A DNA stretch of 64,000 nucleotides from Hyalangium minutum (GTDB lineage Bacteria; Myxococcota; Myxococcia; Myxococcales; Myxococcaceae). A program made the position numbers and the translations under genes. The notes below the pieces were generated by a model that saw only the letters and a program-made list of their open reading frames with translations, made no database searches and was not told where the DNA came from. Position 1 is the first letter of the stretch. Each line of letters opens with the position of its first letter. This document shows positions 44,206 through 54,456 of the stretch, piece after piece. The stretch spans positions 620,001 through 684,000 of the forward strand of contig NZ_JMCB01000006.1 of NCBI RefSeq assembly GCF_000737315.1, read 5' to 3'.

Positions 44206-45648
44206 ATGACCTCCAAGCTGGAGACACACGTCCCCGCAGCGCCGCCGCAGCCCGGCACCGCCCCCCAACCCACCCCGCCCTCGGCGGCGGCGCTCGCCCA
44301 GCGCGAGGCGCGCCGTCAGCGGCACGAGGTGCTCCTGGCGCAGTGGAAGGCCGTGGAGGAGGCGGGCGGCAAGGACGAGTGGGTCCGCCAGCAGCTCGTG
44401 GCCCGGGGCGTGGCCGCCGAGGAGGTGGACTTCGAGGAGCTCTCCGAGAAGCAGAAGGCGGCCTGGAAGGAGAAGAAGAAGGCCGAGGCCGGGGAGCGCC
44501 GCAAGCTGGAGCGCGAGGTCTGGGAGGCGTGGAAGGCCACGCACATCAACCACCTGGGCGTGGGGGTGCACTGGGACGAGCAGGGCGGCCCGGACAAGTT
44601 CGACGTGCCCCACCGCGAGGAGCGGGCGAAGGCGAACGGGATGCCGGCGCTGGACTCGGCGGAGGCGCTGGCCAAGGCGCTGGGCGTGCCGGTGGCGCGG
44701 CTGCGCTGGTTCGCCTTCCACCGCGAGGTGGACACGGGCACGCACTACCAGAGCTGGCAGATTCCGAAGCGGGACGGCGGCCAGCGGACGATTACGGCGC
44801 CGAAGAAGGAGCTGAAGGCGGCGCAGCGCTGGGTGCTGTCGAACGTGGTGGAGCGGCTGCCGGTGCACGGAGCGGCGCACGGCTTCGTGGCGGGGCGCTC
44901 CATCCTCACCAACGCGCTGGCGCACCGGGGCGCGGACGTGCTGGTGAAGGTGGACGTGAAGGACTTCTTCCCCTCGGTGACGTGGCGCCGGGTGAAGGGG
45001 CTCTTGCGCAAGGGCGGGCTGGAGGAGCACGCGGCGACGCTGCTCTCGCTGCTGTCCACGGAGGCCCCGCGCGAGGTGATGCAGTTCCGGGGCAAGACGC
45101 TCTACGTGGCGAAGGGCCCCCGGGCGCTGCCGCAGGGGGCGCCTACCTCTCCGGCGATCACGAACGCGCTGTGCCTGAAGCTGGACAAGCGGGTGTCGGC
45201 GATGGCGAAGCGGCTGGGCTTCACGTACACGCGCTACGCGGATGACCTGACGTTCTCGTGGAAGCGGGCGAAGGGGGCGAAGGGGAAGGCGCAGGCGGAC
45301 GCACCGGTGGCGCTGCTGCTGGCGCGGGTGAAGAGCATCCTGGAGGCCGAGGGCTTCACGCTGCACCCGGACAAGACGCGGGTGCTGCGCAAGGGCACGC
45401 GGCAGCGGGTGACGGGGCTGGTGGTGAACGAGGCGCCCAACGGAGTGCCGGCCGCCCGCGTGCCGAGGGACGTCATCCGGCGGCTGCGCGCGGCGATCCA
45501 CAACCGGGAGAAGGGCAAGCCGGGCCGTGAGGGCGAGTCGCTGGATCAGCTCAAGGGGATGGCGGCGTTCATCCACATGACGGATCCGGCGAAGGGCCGC
45601 GCCTTCCTGCAGCAGCTCGAGGCGCTGGAGAAGCGCGGGCAGCCGTGA
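44206..45648 (+). CDS. ret: retron reverse transcriptase (Mx162/Sa163-like, type XIII), 480 aa
   Basis: AAHGF (region X-like), KVDVKDFFPSV, LPQGAPTSP, YADD, RVTGLVVN (region Y); ~140-aa N-terminal extension typical of myxobacterial msDNA RTs. Confidence 0.95.
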   Translation: MTSKLETHVPAAPPQPGTAPQPTPPSAAALAQREARRQRHEVLLAQWKAVEEAGGKDEWVRQQLVARGVAAEEVDFEELSEKQKAAWKEKKKAEAGERRKLEREVWEAWKATHINHLGVGVHWDEQGGPDKFDVPHREERAKANGMPALDSAEALAKALGVPVARLRWFAFHREVDTGTHYQSWQIPKRDGGQRTITAPKKELKAAQRWVLSNVVERLPVHGAAHGFVAGRSILTNALAHRGADVLVKVDVKDFFPSVTWRRVKGLLRKGGLEEHAATLLSLLSTEAPREVMQFRGKTLYVAKGPRALPQGAPTSPAITNALCLKLDKRVSAMAKRLGFTYTRYADDLTFSWKRAKGAKGKAQADAPVALLLARVKSILEAEGFTLHPDKTRVLRKGTRQRVTGLVVNEAPNGVPAARVPRDVIRRLRAAIHNREKGKPGREGESLDQLKGMAAFIHMTDPAKGRAFLQQLEALEKRGQP

Positions 45649-46133
45649 CGCCGGACCTCCGGGCGCTCTTCGAGACCACGTTCCCCATCGCGTCGCACTA
45701 CTTTGCCCTTCATTGGGTGCCGGACGATCCGTGGCGGCCCGAGGACGCCCATCCAGACGACGTCTACGCCGTGCTTCGGCTGGTGACGTTCTACCTGGAC
45801 GAGAGCGGCGAGGTCTCGATCCGCGATGTGAAGGAGCAGGGCATGCTGGTGGTGCCCGCGCAGCACCGGCAGGATCCGCGCCTCGAAGCCTGGCTCCGGG
45901 GCTCGCGCGAAGCGCTCTTGGAGGTCATGCAGAGCCAGGACTGGACCATCGATCGCGATGACGACGAGGCCCAGTCCGCCGACAACTCCCTGGTGTGCAT
46001 GATGCCGTCGGATTTGGTGTGCCACGACGTGCTGAAGCTGGCGCGGCCCCGCGAGTCCGAGGACTTCAAGCAGGCGCTGCTCGGCTCCAAGAAGCGCCTG
46101 GGGCACATGCTCTTTCCTCCCCGTGTGGGTTGA
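45645..46133 (+). CDS. hypothetical acidic protein translationally coupled to the RT
   Basis: GTGA overlap with the RT stop; normal codon pattern; no recognisable motif. Confidence 0.7.
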   Translation: MTPDLRALFETTFPIASHYFALHWVPDDPWRPEDAHPDDVYAVLRLVTFYLDESGEVSIRDVKEQGMLVVPAQHRQDPRLEAWLRGSREALLEVMQSQDWTIDRDDDEAQSADNSLVCMMPSDLVCHDVLKLARPRESEDFKQALLGSKKRLGHMLFPPRVG

Positions 46134-46179
46134 GGCCACCCCTGCCCGTTGTTGGTTGAGCGCCTATACTGAAGCAACC

Positions 46180-47445
46180 TTGGCGCTGACATTCATCCAG
46201 GCGGCACAGCAGGTCCTCGAGTCACACGGCAAACCTCTGCGCGTCGAGGAGATCTGGCAGCAGATCCAGGAACAGAGGCTGTGCAACACTGAAGGCAAGA
46301 CGCCGGAAGCGACGTTGTCTACCGAGCTGCTCCGCGCCTCGCTGGGCGTCGCTGTCTCGAAGCCCCGGGCCATCAGGCCCTTCCACCGCAGGGAAGATGG
46401 GACCTTTGGGCTGGTGGCTTGGCTGCCCGAAGCGCAGCAGATAGCCCTCAATACAGCCTTGAATACCCCTGAGGGTGGGCGCTACGGCCTTCCCCTCCTT
46501 TCTGAAGACGAGAAGCGCAACCTCTCACGCGAGAGGCCAGAGCCGGACCTCATGGTCATCGATGAGCCCGTCCGTGCGGAGGTGATGCGTCCTCGGTCCA
46601 GCCACCCTCGCTATACCCGCGAGGAGCTGCTCGCGGACACGGGCCTCCCGCCCGAGCAGTTGGATGGGTGGCTGCGCATTCTGGAGCGCAAGCGGCAGGT
46701 CATCCTCCAGGGACCTCCTGGGACAGGGAAGACGTTCCTGGCGGCCCGCCTGGCCAAGCTCCTGCTCTCGGAGACGCATGGACAGGTGGAGACGCTCCAG
46801 TTCCACCCCGCCTATGCGTACGAGGACTTCATCCAAGGCATCCGCCCCAAAGTGGTGAAGGGCGCGCTGAGCTACAAGCTCCTTCCGGGCCGCTTCGTCC
46901 GCTTCTGCCGCAAAGCAGAGGAGCTGGATCCTGCCCCGTGTGTGCTCATCCTGGATGAGCTCAACCGGGCCAACCTGCCGCGCGTCTTCGGCGAGCTGAT
47001 GTACCTGCTGGAATACCGGGACCAGAGCGTCCCCCTCGCGGCGGGCGGCAGGCCTCTGCGCATCCCTCGCAACGTGACGGTGATCGGGACGATGAACACC
47101 GCGGACCGCTCCATCGCGCGGATGGATCATGCGCTCCGGCGGCGCTTCGCCTTTCTCCGGCTACGGCCCGACTACGACGTCCTCCAGCAGCACCTCGACC
47201 GGGCAGGACTCCCCGCCGCCTCCCTCCTCGAGGTGCTGCGCGACGTGAACCGCCTCATCGAAGACCCGAACTATGAGCTGGGCATCTCCTTTTTCATGGG
47301 AAGCGAGCTGCGCGAGCACTTGCCGGACATCTGGGAGTGCGAGATCGAGCCCTACTTGGAGGAGTTCTTCTATGACCAGCCGAAGAAGATGGAGCCCTTC
47401 CGCTGGAGGGACCTCGCCCGGACCCGCCTGAAGGACTGGAGCTGA
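46180..47445 (+). CDS. mcrB: McrB family GTPase with N-terminal HARE-HTH domain
   Basis: LTFIQAAQQVL...GKTPEATL (HARE-HTH); GPPGTGKT; LDELNRAN; MNTADRS. TTG start at 46180 is inferred. Confidence 0.88.
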   Translation: MALTFIQAAQQVLESHGKPLRVEEIWQQIQEQRLCNTEGKTPEATLSTELLRASLGVAVSKPRAIRPFHRREDGTFGLVAWLPEAQQIALNTALNTPEGGRYGLPLLSEDEKRNLSRERPEPDLMVIDEPVRAEVMRPRSSHPRYTREELLADTGLPPEQLDGWLRILERKRQVILQGPPGTGKTFLAARLAKLLLSETHGQVETLQFHPAYAYEDFIQGIRPKVVKGALSYKLLPGRFVRFCRKAEELDPAPCVLILDELNRANLPRVFGELMYLLEYRDQSVPLAAGGRPLRIPRNVTVIGTMNTADRSIARMDHALRRRFAFLRLRPDYDVLQQHLDRAGLPAASLLEVLRDVNRLIEDPNYELGISFFMGSELREHLPDIWECEIEPYLEEFFYDQPKKMEPFRWRDLARTRLKDWS

Positions 47446-47450
47446 GCCGC

Positions 47451-48653
47451 GTGTCCCTCTCCCTGCGCACCCTGGAGTGGGAAGAGAACCAGCTTCACGA
47501 GCTCGCCGCCTCCGAGCTCCCCGAGGAGCTGGCGCTGGCCATCCATGCCCGCCATGGCCACCGCATCGACGTCGAGTTCCCCAGCCCCCGGACCCGGGGC
47601 CACTACCGCTTCAAGTCCCGAGGCTGCGTCGGGAACCTCCCGGTTACCCCTTCGCTCGTGGTGCGGGTGCGTCCGAAGGTGCCGGTGCGAAGCCTCTTCC
47701 GGATGCTGGAGTACGCCTATGATCTCGACTCGTTCCAGATCCACGAAGGCCACGCGGGCGTGGGCGCGATCGACGAGGTCTACGAGACGCTCGTCTCCCT
47801 GCTGGCGCGGCGCATCCTGGAGCGGGTCCGCAAGGGGCTCTACCGCGACTACGTGGAGCAGCAAGAGGCCCTGCCCTATGTCCGCGGGAGAATCCTGCCC
47901 CGCGAATCGCTGAGGTCGGGAGGCGTGGCATCGCCGCAGCTCTTCTGCGAGTACCAGGAGCTGACGGAGAGTGTCCTCGACAACCAGATCCTCGCGTGGA
48001 CTCTGTCATTGCTCCACCGCTTCCCTCTGGGCCGGGAGGATGTCCGGGAACAGCTCCGCCGGGCGAGCCGGGCGTTGGTGCCCATGATTGAGCCGCGCCA
48101 GGTGCTCCCGCGCGACTGCGTGCACCGCTTCTATGACCGGCTGAACGAGGACTACCGGCCCATGCACGCGCTGTGCAGGTTCTTCCTCGAGCAGAGCGGT
48201 CCGGCGCTGGAGGGCGGGGACCACGGCCTGCTACCGTTCACCCTGCACATGCCCACGCTCTTCGAGGCGTTCGTCGCTCGCTGGCTCCAGCGCCACCTCC
48301 CGGAGGGAATGAGCCTGAGCGTCCAGCACCATGCGGACCTCGAGCCCACCGGGAGCCTGCACTTCAAGATCGATTTGGTGCTCACCGACGAGAGGACCGG
48401 AGGTGTCCTGGCCGTGCTGGACACGAAGTACAAGGACACGCGAGAGCCCGCCGTGGCCGACATCCAGCAGATGGTCGCCTACGCCACGCGCATGCGGACG
48501 CACCGCGCATTCCTCATCTACCCGTCCCGGAGCGCCCAGCCCGTACGGCTCCACGTGGGGGACGTGCGGGTGAGTTCGCTCGTGTTCGATCTCGAGAGAC
48601 GGCCAGAGGAAGCAGGCGAGCGCCTCCTCCAGGAGCTGCGCGGGCTCCTCTGA
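47451..48653 (+). CDS. mcrC: McrC family restriction subunit
   Basis: KIDLVL...LDTKYK...DIQQMVAYA PD-(D/E)XK motif; directly after mcrB. Confidence 0.88.
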   Translation: MSLSLRTLEWEENQLHELAASELPEELALAIHARHGHRIDVEFPSPRTRGHYRFKSRGCVGNLPVTPSLVVRVRPKVPVRSLFRMLEYAYDLDSFQIHEGHAGVGAIDEVYETLVSLLARRILERVRKGLYRDYVEQQEALPYVRGRILPRESLRSGGVASPQLFCEYQELTESVLDNQILAWTLSLLHRFPLGREDVREQLRRASRALVPMIEPRQVLPRDCVHRFYDRLNEDYRPMHALCRFFLEQSGPALEGGDHGLLPFTLHMPTLFEAFVARWLQRHLPEGMSLSVQHHADLEPTGSLHFKIDLVLTDERTGGVLAVLDTKYKDTREPAVADIQQMVAYATRMRTHRAFLIYPSRSAQPVRLHVGDVRVSSLVFDLERRPEEAGERLLQELRGLL

Positions 48654-48700
48654 ATCATCGAGGCTGCGGCGATCACGGCCTGGAGTTAAGGTGCCCGGCC

Positions 48701-51214
48701 ATGGCTTACGAGCACCGCACCGTCGAACCGAAGTGGCAGAAGCGCTGGCAGGAGGCCCAGCTGCACAAGACCTCCTTCGACCCGAAGAAGCCGAAGTTCT
48801 ACGCGCTCGACATGTTCCCCTACCCCTCGGGTGCGGGGCTCCACGTGGGCCACTGCGAGGGCTACACCGCCACGGACATCCTCACGCGGTGGAAGCGGAT
48901 GCAGGGCTGGAACGTGCTCCACCCCATGGGCTGGGACGCCTTCGGCCTGCCGGCGGAGAACTACGCCATCAAGACGGGCATCCACCCGCGCATCACCACC
49001 GAGCGGGCCGTCTCCAACTTCCGGCGGCAGATCGACTCGGTGGGCTTCGCGTACGACTGGGACCGCGAGGTCAACACCACCGACCCGAAGTACTTCAAGT
49101 GGACGCAGTGGATCTTCCTGCAGCTCTACCGCAAGGGCCTCGCCTACGAGTCGGTGATGCCCATCAACTGGTGCCCCTCGTGCAAGACGGGCCTGGCCAA
49201 CGAGGAGGTATCCGGCGGCAAGTGTGAGCGCTGCGGCACGCAGGTGGAGCGCAAGGATCTGCGCCAGTGGGTGCTGCGCATCACCGCGTACGCGGATCGG
49301 CTGCTGGAGGACCTCGCCGAGGTGGACTGGCCCGAGTCCACGCTGGCCATGCAGCGCAACTGGATTGGCCGCTCGGAGGGCGCGGAAGTGATTTTCCGCG
49401 TCGCCGAGGGCCCTGCCGCCAACGCCGAGCTCCGGGTGTTCACCACGCGCCCGGACACGCTCTCCGGGGCCACCTATATGGTGCTCGCGCCCGAGCACGC
49501 GCTGGTGGAGAAGCTCACCACTCCGGAGCAGCGGCAGGCGGTGGCAGACTACCAGGCGGCGGCGCGGCGCAAGAGCGACCTGGAGCGCACCGAGCTCTCC
49601 AAGGAGAAGACGGGCGCCTTCACGGGCGGCTACGCGCTGAACCCCGTGAACGGACAGCGGATCCCCATCTGGATCGCGGACTACGTGCTGGCCACCTACG
49701 GCACGGGCGCCATCATGGCGGTGCCCGCGCACGATGAGCGGGACCATGCATTCGCGGTGAAGTTCGGGCTGCCCATCCAGCAGGTGGTCCGCCCGGTGTC
49801 CGGCGATGCCGAGCCCGGCAAGCCGTTCACCGAGGACGGCGTGGCGGTGAACTCGGGCGAGCTGGACGGACTGCCGACGGCCGAGGCCAAGCGGAAGATC
49901 ACCGCGCAGCTGGAGGCGAAGGGGCTCGGGAAGAAGACGGTGAGCTACCGGCTGCGCGACTGGGTGTTCTCGCGGCAGCGCTACTGGGGCGAGCCCATCC
50001 CCATCGTCCACTGCGCGCAATGCGGCCCGGTGCCGGTGCCGGAGAGCGAGCTGCCGGTGCTGCTGCCGGAAGTGGAGCGCTACGAGCCCTCGGGCACGGG
50101 CGAGTCCCCGCTGGCGACGATTCCCTCGTGGCTGGAGACGCGCTGCCCGAAGTGCGGTGGAGCGGGGCGGCGCGAGACGAACACGATGCCGCAGTGGGCG
50201 GGCTCGTGCTGGTACTACCTGCGCTACCTGGATCCGGCGAACGCGCAGGAGCCGTGGTCGCGCGAGGCGGAGAAGCAGTGGATGAACGTGGACCTGTACG
50301 TGGGAGGGGCGGAGCACGCGGTGCTGCACCTGCTCTACGCGCGGTTCTGGCACAAGGTGCTGTTCGACTTGGGCTGGGTGACGACGAAGGAGCCGTTCAA
50401 GAAGCTGCGCCACCAGGGGACAGTGCTGGCGTACACGTACCAGGACGCGATGGGCCGCTACCACGAGCTGTCCGCGGTGGAGCTGCGCGGGGACGACGCC
50501 TACCTGAAGTCGACCGGCGAGAAGCTGTCGGTGCAGGTCGAGAAGATGGCGAAGTCGAAGATGAACGGCGTGAACCCGGACGACGTGGTGGCGGAGTACG
50601 GGGCGGACGTGCTGCGGCTGTACGAGATGTTCATGGGCGAGTTCGAGCTGCCCAAGCCGTGGGATCCTCGGGCCATCGAGGGCTGCAGCCGGTTCCTGCG
50701 GCGGGTGTGGCGGCTGGCGGAGGAGTTCGACGCCGGGAAGCAGCCGGAGAACGATCCGCACCAGCGCCTGCGCCACAAGACGATCAAGCGCGTGACGAAC
50801 GATTTGGAGCGCATGCAGTTCAACACGGCCATTGCCGCGATGATGGAGTACGTGAACGCGCTCACGAGCCAGGGAGCCACGCGCGAGGACCTGCTGACGC
50901 TGATCAAGCTGGTGGGGCCGTTCGCGCCGCACCTCGGAGACGAGGCGTGGGAGAAGCTGGGGAGCAGTGGGTTCCTCGTGCAGCAGGCCTGGCCGGCGCA
51001 TGACGAGGCGCTGACGATCGACGCGGTCATCACCTACGCGGTGCAGGTCAACGGCAAGCTGCGCGGCAGCCTGGAGGTGGAGCGCAACGCGGCGGAGGCC
51101 ACCGTCCGGGAGCAGGCGCTCGCGCTGCCGAACGTCGCGCGGCAGGTGGAAGGCAAGACGGTGAAGAAGGTCATCGTGGTGCCGGGGAAGATCGTCAACA
51201 TCGTGGTGGCCTGA
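48701..51214 (+). CDS. leuS: leucine--tRNA ligase
   Basis: DMFPYPSGAGLHVGH, GWDAFGLPAEN, KMAKSK, VQVNGKLR. Confidence 0.97.
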   Translation: MAYEHRTVEPKWQKRWQEAQLHKTSFDPKKPKFYALDMFPYPSGAGLHVGHCEGYTATDILTRWKRMQGWNVLHPMGWDAFGLPAENYAIKTGIHPRITTERAVSNFRRQIDSVGFAYDWDREVNTTDPKYFKWTQWIFLQLYRKGLAYESVMPINWCPSCKTGLANEEVSGGKCERCGTQVERKDLRQWVLRITAYADRLLEDLAEVDWPESTLAMQRNWIGRSEGAEVIFRVAEGPAANAELRVFTTRPDTLSGATYMVLAPEHALVEKLTTPEQRQAVADYQAAARRKSDLERTELSKEKTGAFTGGYALNPVNGQRIPIWIADYVLATYGTGAIMAVPAHDERDHAFAVKFGLPIQQVVRPVSGDAEPGKPFTEDGVAVNSGELDGLPTAEAKRKITAQLEAKGLGKKTVSYRLRDWVFSRQRYWGEPIPIVHCAQCGPVPVPESELPVLLPEVERYEPSGTGESPLATIPSWLETRCPKCGGAGRRETNTMPQWAGSCWYYLRYLDPANAQEPWSREAEKQWMNVDLYVGGAEHAVLHLLYARFWHKVLFDLGWVTTKEPFKKLRHQGTVLAYTYQDAMGRYHELSAVELRGDDAYLKSTGEKLSVQVEKMAKSKMNGVNPDDVVAEYGADVLRLYEMFMGEFELPKPWDPRAIEGCSRFLRRVWRLAEEFDAGKQPENDPHQRLRHKTIKRVTNDLERMQFNTAIAAMMEYVNALTSQGATREDLLTLIKLVGPFAPHLGDEAWEKLGSSGFLVQQAWPAHDEALTIDAVITYAVQVNGKLRGSLEVERNAAEATVREQALALPNVARQVEGKTVKKVIVVPGKIVNIVVA

Positions 51215-51427
51215 GTCGGGCTTCCCGGGCGCACGTTGGGCGAACCGGTCTACTTGTCCGACAGGTTTGCCCAGCGTGGTCCCAGCCAAGACGGCAGGAC
51301 CCACGAGGGAGGAGCACCCGAGCAGAATGTCAGAGGTAGGGTGCATGCTCCATTCATGAGCGAACACATGGATGGGGTATGGGGCGAGCCGGTTGCGATG
51401 GCAAGGACAGGGCTGCATTCTGAGGAC

Positions 51428-51991
51428 ATGAGCGATAGGCCAGCGCGACGCGCCTCCTATGAGGACTTGGAGAGTGTCCCGCCGCACCAAGTGGGGGAGA
51501 TCGTCGGCGGCGAGCTGTATGTGAGTCCACGGCCAGCGTTGCCCCATGCGCGTGTGACGGCTCGGCTGCTTCAAGACGTCGGCCCCTTCGACGACGCACC
51601 TGGAGGCGAAAAGCCTGGCGGATGGGTGCTCCTCATTGAACCCGAGCTGCATTTGAGCGGTGACGCGCTCGTCCCTGACCTTGCAGGGTGGAGACGCGAA
51701 CGCCTCCCCGAGATTCCCGACACGGCTGCGATGGAGCTCGCGCCGGATTGGGTGTGCGAGGTCATCTCCCCTTCCACAGAGGCCTTGGACCGTGCACGGA
51801 AGATGGGCGCGTATGCACGCGAAGGCGTGAAGCACCTGTGGTTCGTGGATCCGCGTCCCCGGCTGCTGGAGATCTACCGGCTGGAGCAGGGGCGCTGGTT
51901 ACGCCTGAGCGCACACGAGGGAGATGCCCGGGTGCGGGCCGAACCCTTCGAGGCACTTGAGCTGAAGCTCAGCCGCCTCTGGGAGCGCTGA
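51428..51991 (+). CDS. Uma2 family endonuclease
   Basis: EIVGGEL, PDLAGWR, PDWVCEVISPST, GVKHLWFVDP. Confidence 0.9.
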   Translation: MSDRPARRASYEDLESVPPHQVGEIVGGELYVSPRPALPHARVTARLLQDVGPFDDAPGGEKPGGWVLLIEPELHLSGDALVPDLAGWRRERLPEIPDTAAMELAPDWVCEVISPSTEALDRARKMGAYAREGVKHLWFVDPRPRLLEIYRLEQGRWLRLSAHEGDARVRAEPFEALELKLSRLWER

Positions 51992-52058
51992 CGTCGATGC
52001 GTGTGAAGTCCTCGCCTATGTCTCGCTTGTTGCGGGGCTCCGTCTACACTGCTCGGCC

Positions 52059-53366
52059 GTGACCCTTCCGCGCGGTGCCCGCTCGCTCGCTCAGTGGCTG
52101 CTCCTCGGGGGCCTCGTGGGGTGCGTGTGTGGAGGAGCCTCCGCGCTCTTCCTCTTCCTGCTGGAAGAGGCCACCACCTTCCGCGAGCACCACTCCGTCA
52201 TCGTCTACACGCTTCCCCTGGCGGGGCTCGTCATCGGCGCGCTGTACGCGAAGTGGGGAACACCCATCCGTGGAGGCAACAACCTCATCATCGACACGGT
52301 GCACGAGGGCGACCGGCAAATTCCCCTGCGCATGGCTCCCATGGTGTTGCTGGGCACGGTGCTCACGCACCTCTTCGGAGGGAGCGCCGGCCGCGAGGGC
52401 ACCGCCGTGCAGATGGGAGGCAGCCTGGCGGACGCCATCGCCTCCCGCCTCCGGGTGTCTCCGGACATCCGCCGCGAGCTGCTGGCTGCGGGCATCGCGG
52501 GGGGCTTCGGCTCCGTGTTCGGCACGCCCATTGCGGGCGCGGTGTTCGGCCTGGAGGTCGTCGTCGTGGGGCGGCTGGGCTACGAGGCGCTGCTGCCCGC
52601 GCTGGTGGCCTCAGTGGTGGGGGATCTCGTCACGCGCTCGCTGGGCATCGTGCACACGGTGTACCCAGTCCCGGCCGCTCTGCCACTGTCGGCGGGGGTG
52701 CTGGCGAAGTGGCTGGCCTTCGCGGTGGCGGTGGCGGGGGTGGCCATCGTCTTCGTGGAGGGGACGCACCGGCTGAAGAAGCTGCTGGAGGGCCGAGTGC
52801 CCTGGCTGCCGGTGCGCATGGCGGTGGGAGGGCTGGCGGTGGTGGGGCTCTGGAGGTTGGCGGGCACGGACGCCTACTTGGGGCTGGGGGTGCCCACCAT
52901 CGTGCGCGCATTCGGGGATCCGTCGCTGCCGGAGAGCGCATTCGCGTGGAAGCTGCTCTTCACGGCTGTCACCTTGGGCTCGGGCTTCCTGGGCGGCGAG
53001 GTGACGCCGCTGTTCTTCATCGGTGCGGCGCTTGGCAATGTGCTGGCGCGGCTGCTCGGGCTGCCGGTGGACCTCGGAGCGGCGGTGGGGATGGCGGCGC
53101 TGTTCGCGGCGGCGGCGAATACCCCGCTGGCGCTCTCCATCATGGCCGTGGAGTTGGTGGGCGCGAGCGTTCTGCCGCACGTGGTCATCGTCTCCACAGT
53201 GGCGTATCTGCTCACAGGACACCGGGGCATCTACCCGGCGCAGCGCATTGCCCGGCTCAAGCACGGGGGCCCGCTGTTGGCCCGTCTCATCCCGCTGCGA
53301 GATCTGCCCACCGAACCCTCGGAGCCGCCGAAGGCTCCGGAACCTCGAGAGCCCACTCCGCGCTGA
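52059..53366 (+). CDS. CLC family channel, CLC-F (fluoride/H+ antiporter) subtype
   Basis: All three CLC-F signatures: GNNLI, GREGT, GEVTP. Confidence 0.85.
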   Translation: MTLPRGARSLAQWLLLGGLVGCVCGGASALFLFLLEEATTFREHHSVIVYTLPLAGLVIGALYAKWGTPIRGGNNLIIDTVHEGDRQIPLRMAPMVLLGTVLTHLFGGSAGREGTAVQMGGSLADAIASRLRVSPDIRRELLAAGIAGGFGSVFGTPIAGAVFGLEVVVVGRLGYEALLPALVASVVGDLVTRSLGIVHTVYPVPAALPLSAGVLAKWLAFAVAVAGVAIVFVEGTHRLKKLLEGRVPWLPVRMAVGGLAVVGLWRLAGTDAYLGLGVPTIVRAFGDPSLPESAFAWKLLFTAVTLGSGFLGGEVTPLFFIGAALGNVLARLLGLPVDLGAAVGMAALFAAAANTPLALSIMAVELVGASVLPHVVIVSTVAYLLTGHRGIYPAQRIARLKHGGPLLARLIPLRDLPTEPSEPPKAPEPREPTPR

Positions 53367-53383
53367 GCTGAAACCAGCCGTTC

Positions 53384-54295
53384 TCAGTGAGCCGTGCGGA
53401 GGGAGAACACGACGGGGATGACAAACCCGGCGTCCGGGCGCGAGGCGCTGTCGGGAAAAGGCGCGAAGGGAGCAGCAGCCTCGACCATGCGGAGCGCCTC
53501 GGCATCGAGGATGTCGTGGCCCGAAGAGGTGACGAGCCGCGGCGCCTCCACGAGCGAGCCATCTTGGCGAAGGCGAAGCTGGACATGGGCTGTGCCCTGC
53601 ATGCCGAGCCGCACCGCCGTCTCCGGGTATCGGCGCTGCCGAGCCACCACCGCCGTTAGGCTCCGCGCATAGGCCCTGAGGTCTCCCAGTGCGGCTCCAC
53701 CTGCCCCACCAGGGCCAGGAACCGCGGCGCTCCGAGCCCCCACTCCACCACCGGAGGCAGGGGCCCCCGCTTCACTGCTCGGGAGTCCGGACTCCCCGCC
53801 CGAAACTCCTTCCGAGGAGGCACGGGCCGCAACATCCGCGGCAGCCGCGCCCAACGAAGGCTCTGCAGGTAGCTCACGCTTCTGCTCAGAAGCCACAGCA
53901 GGAGCGGCATCCGCCGCCGGAGCGACAGGCTCAGCGGGAACAGCCCTGGGCCGCGCTTTCGGAGCAGAAGCTGCCGGTGGTGGCTTCTCGTATGCCACGT
54001 CGCGGGCCACAGGGACTGACTTCGGCTCACCAATGGCGGCCGATGCAACAAGCCTCCTGGAGGGTGGGACTCCGGCCGCACCATCGAACCAGATCATCTC
54101 CGCGGCCATGGGAGCAGCCACGGGTACGCCAGGACTCTCCACTGTATCCGCCCGCGTTCCACGCAGCAGGACCAGCGCCACCAGCCCGTGCAGAACAAAC
54201 GAGGCCCCCACAAACCAGAGCAGGCGTCCGCCCGAACCGGGTACCCCAGCCCCGGTATGCTCAGCCTCATCCTTGGCAGCGGCCTCTAGCGTCAT
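53384..54295 (-). CDS. TonB-family energy transducer
   Basis: TM helix, Pro/Ala linker, C-terminal YPETAVRLGMQG...SSGHDILDAEAL. Start uncertain. Confidence 0.75.
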   Translation of the reverse strand: MTLEAAAKDEAEHTGAGVPGSGGRLLWFVGASFVLHGLVALVLLRGTRADTVESPGVPVAAPMAAEMIWFDGAAGVPPSRRLVASAAIGEPKSVPVARDVAYEKPPPAASAPKARPRAVPAEPVAPAADAAPAVASEQKRELPAEPSLGAAAADVAARASSEGVSGGESGLPSSEAGAPASGGGVGARSAAVPGPGGAGGAALGDLRAYARSLTAVVARQRRYPETAVRLGMQGTAHVQLRLRQDGSLVEAPRLVTSSGHDILDAEALRMVEAAAPFAPFPDSASRPDAGFVIPVVFSLRTAH

Positions 54296-54456
54296 CCGGC
54301 GTGATCGCAGCGCTTCGAGGGGCATTTCAGTGCGCGATGAGTGGAGCGCCCCCAGTCCTCCCGTGTAGTGCAAAGCCCCATCGCCATCAACCCAGGCTGC
54401 CCGGCCAGCATGCGACCCAACATCTTGGGAGCATGGATGGCGAAGGATGCTCACGG

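Noticed and set aside
44206-45648. RT as group II intron, DGR or CRISPR-associated RT
   Set aside because: It has retron region X/Y motifs and an msr-msd directly upstream. There is no maturase or endonuclease domain, no TR/VR pair and no cas genes.
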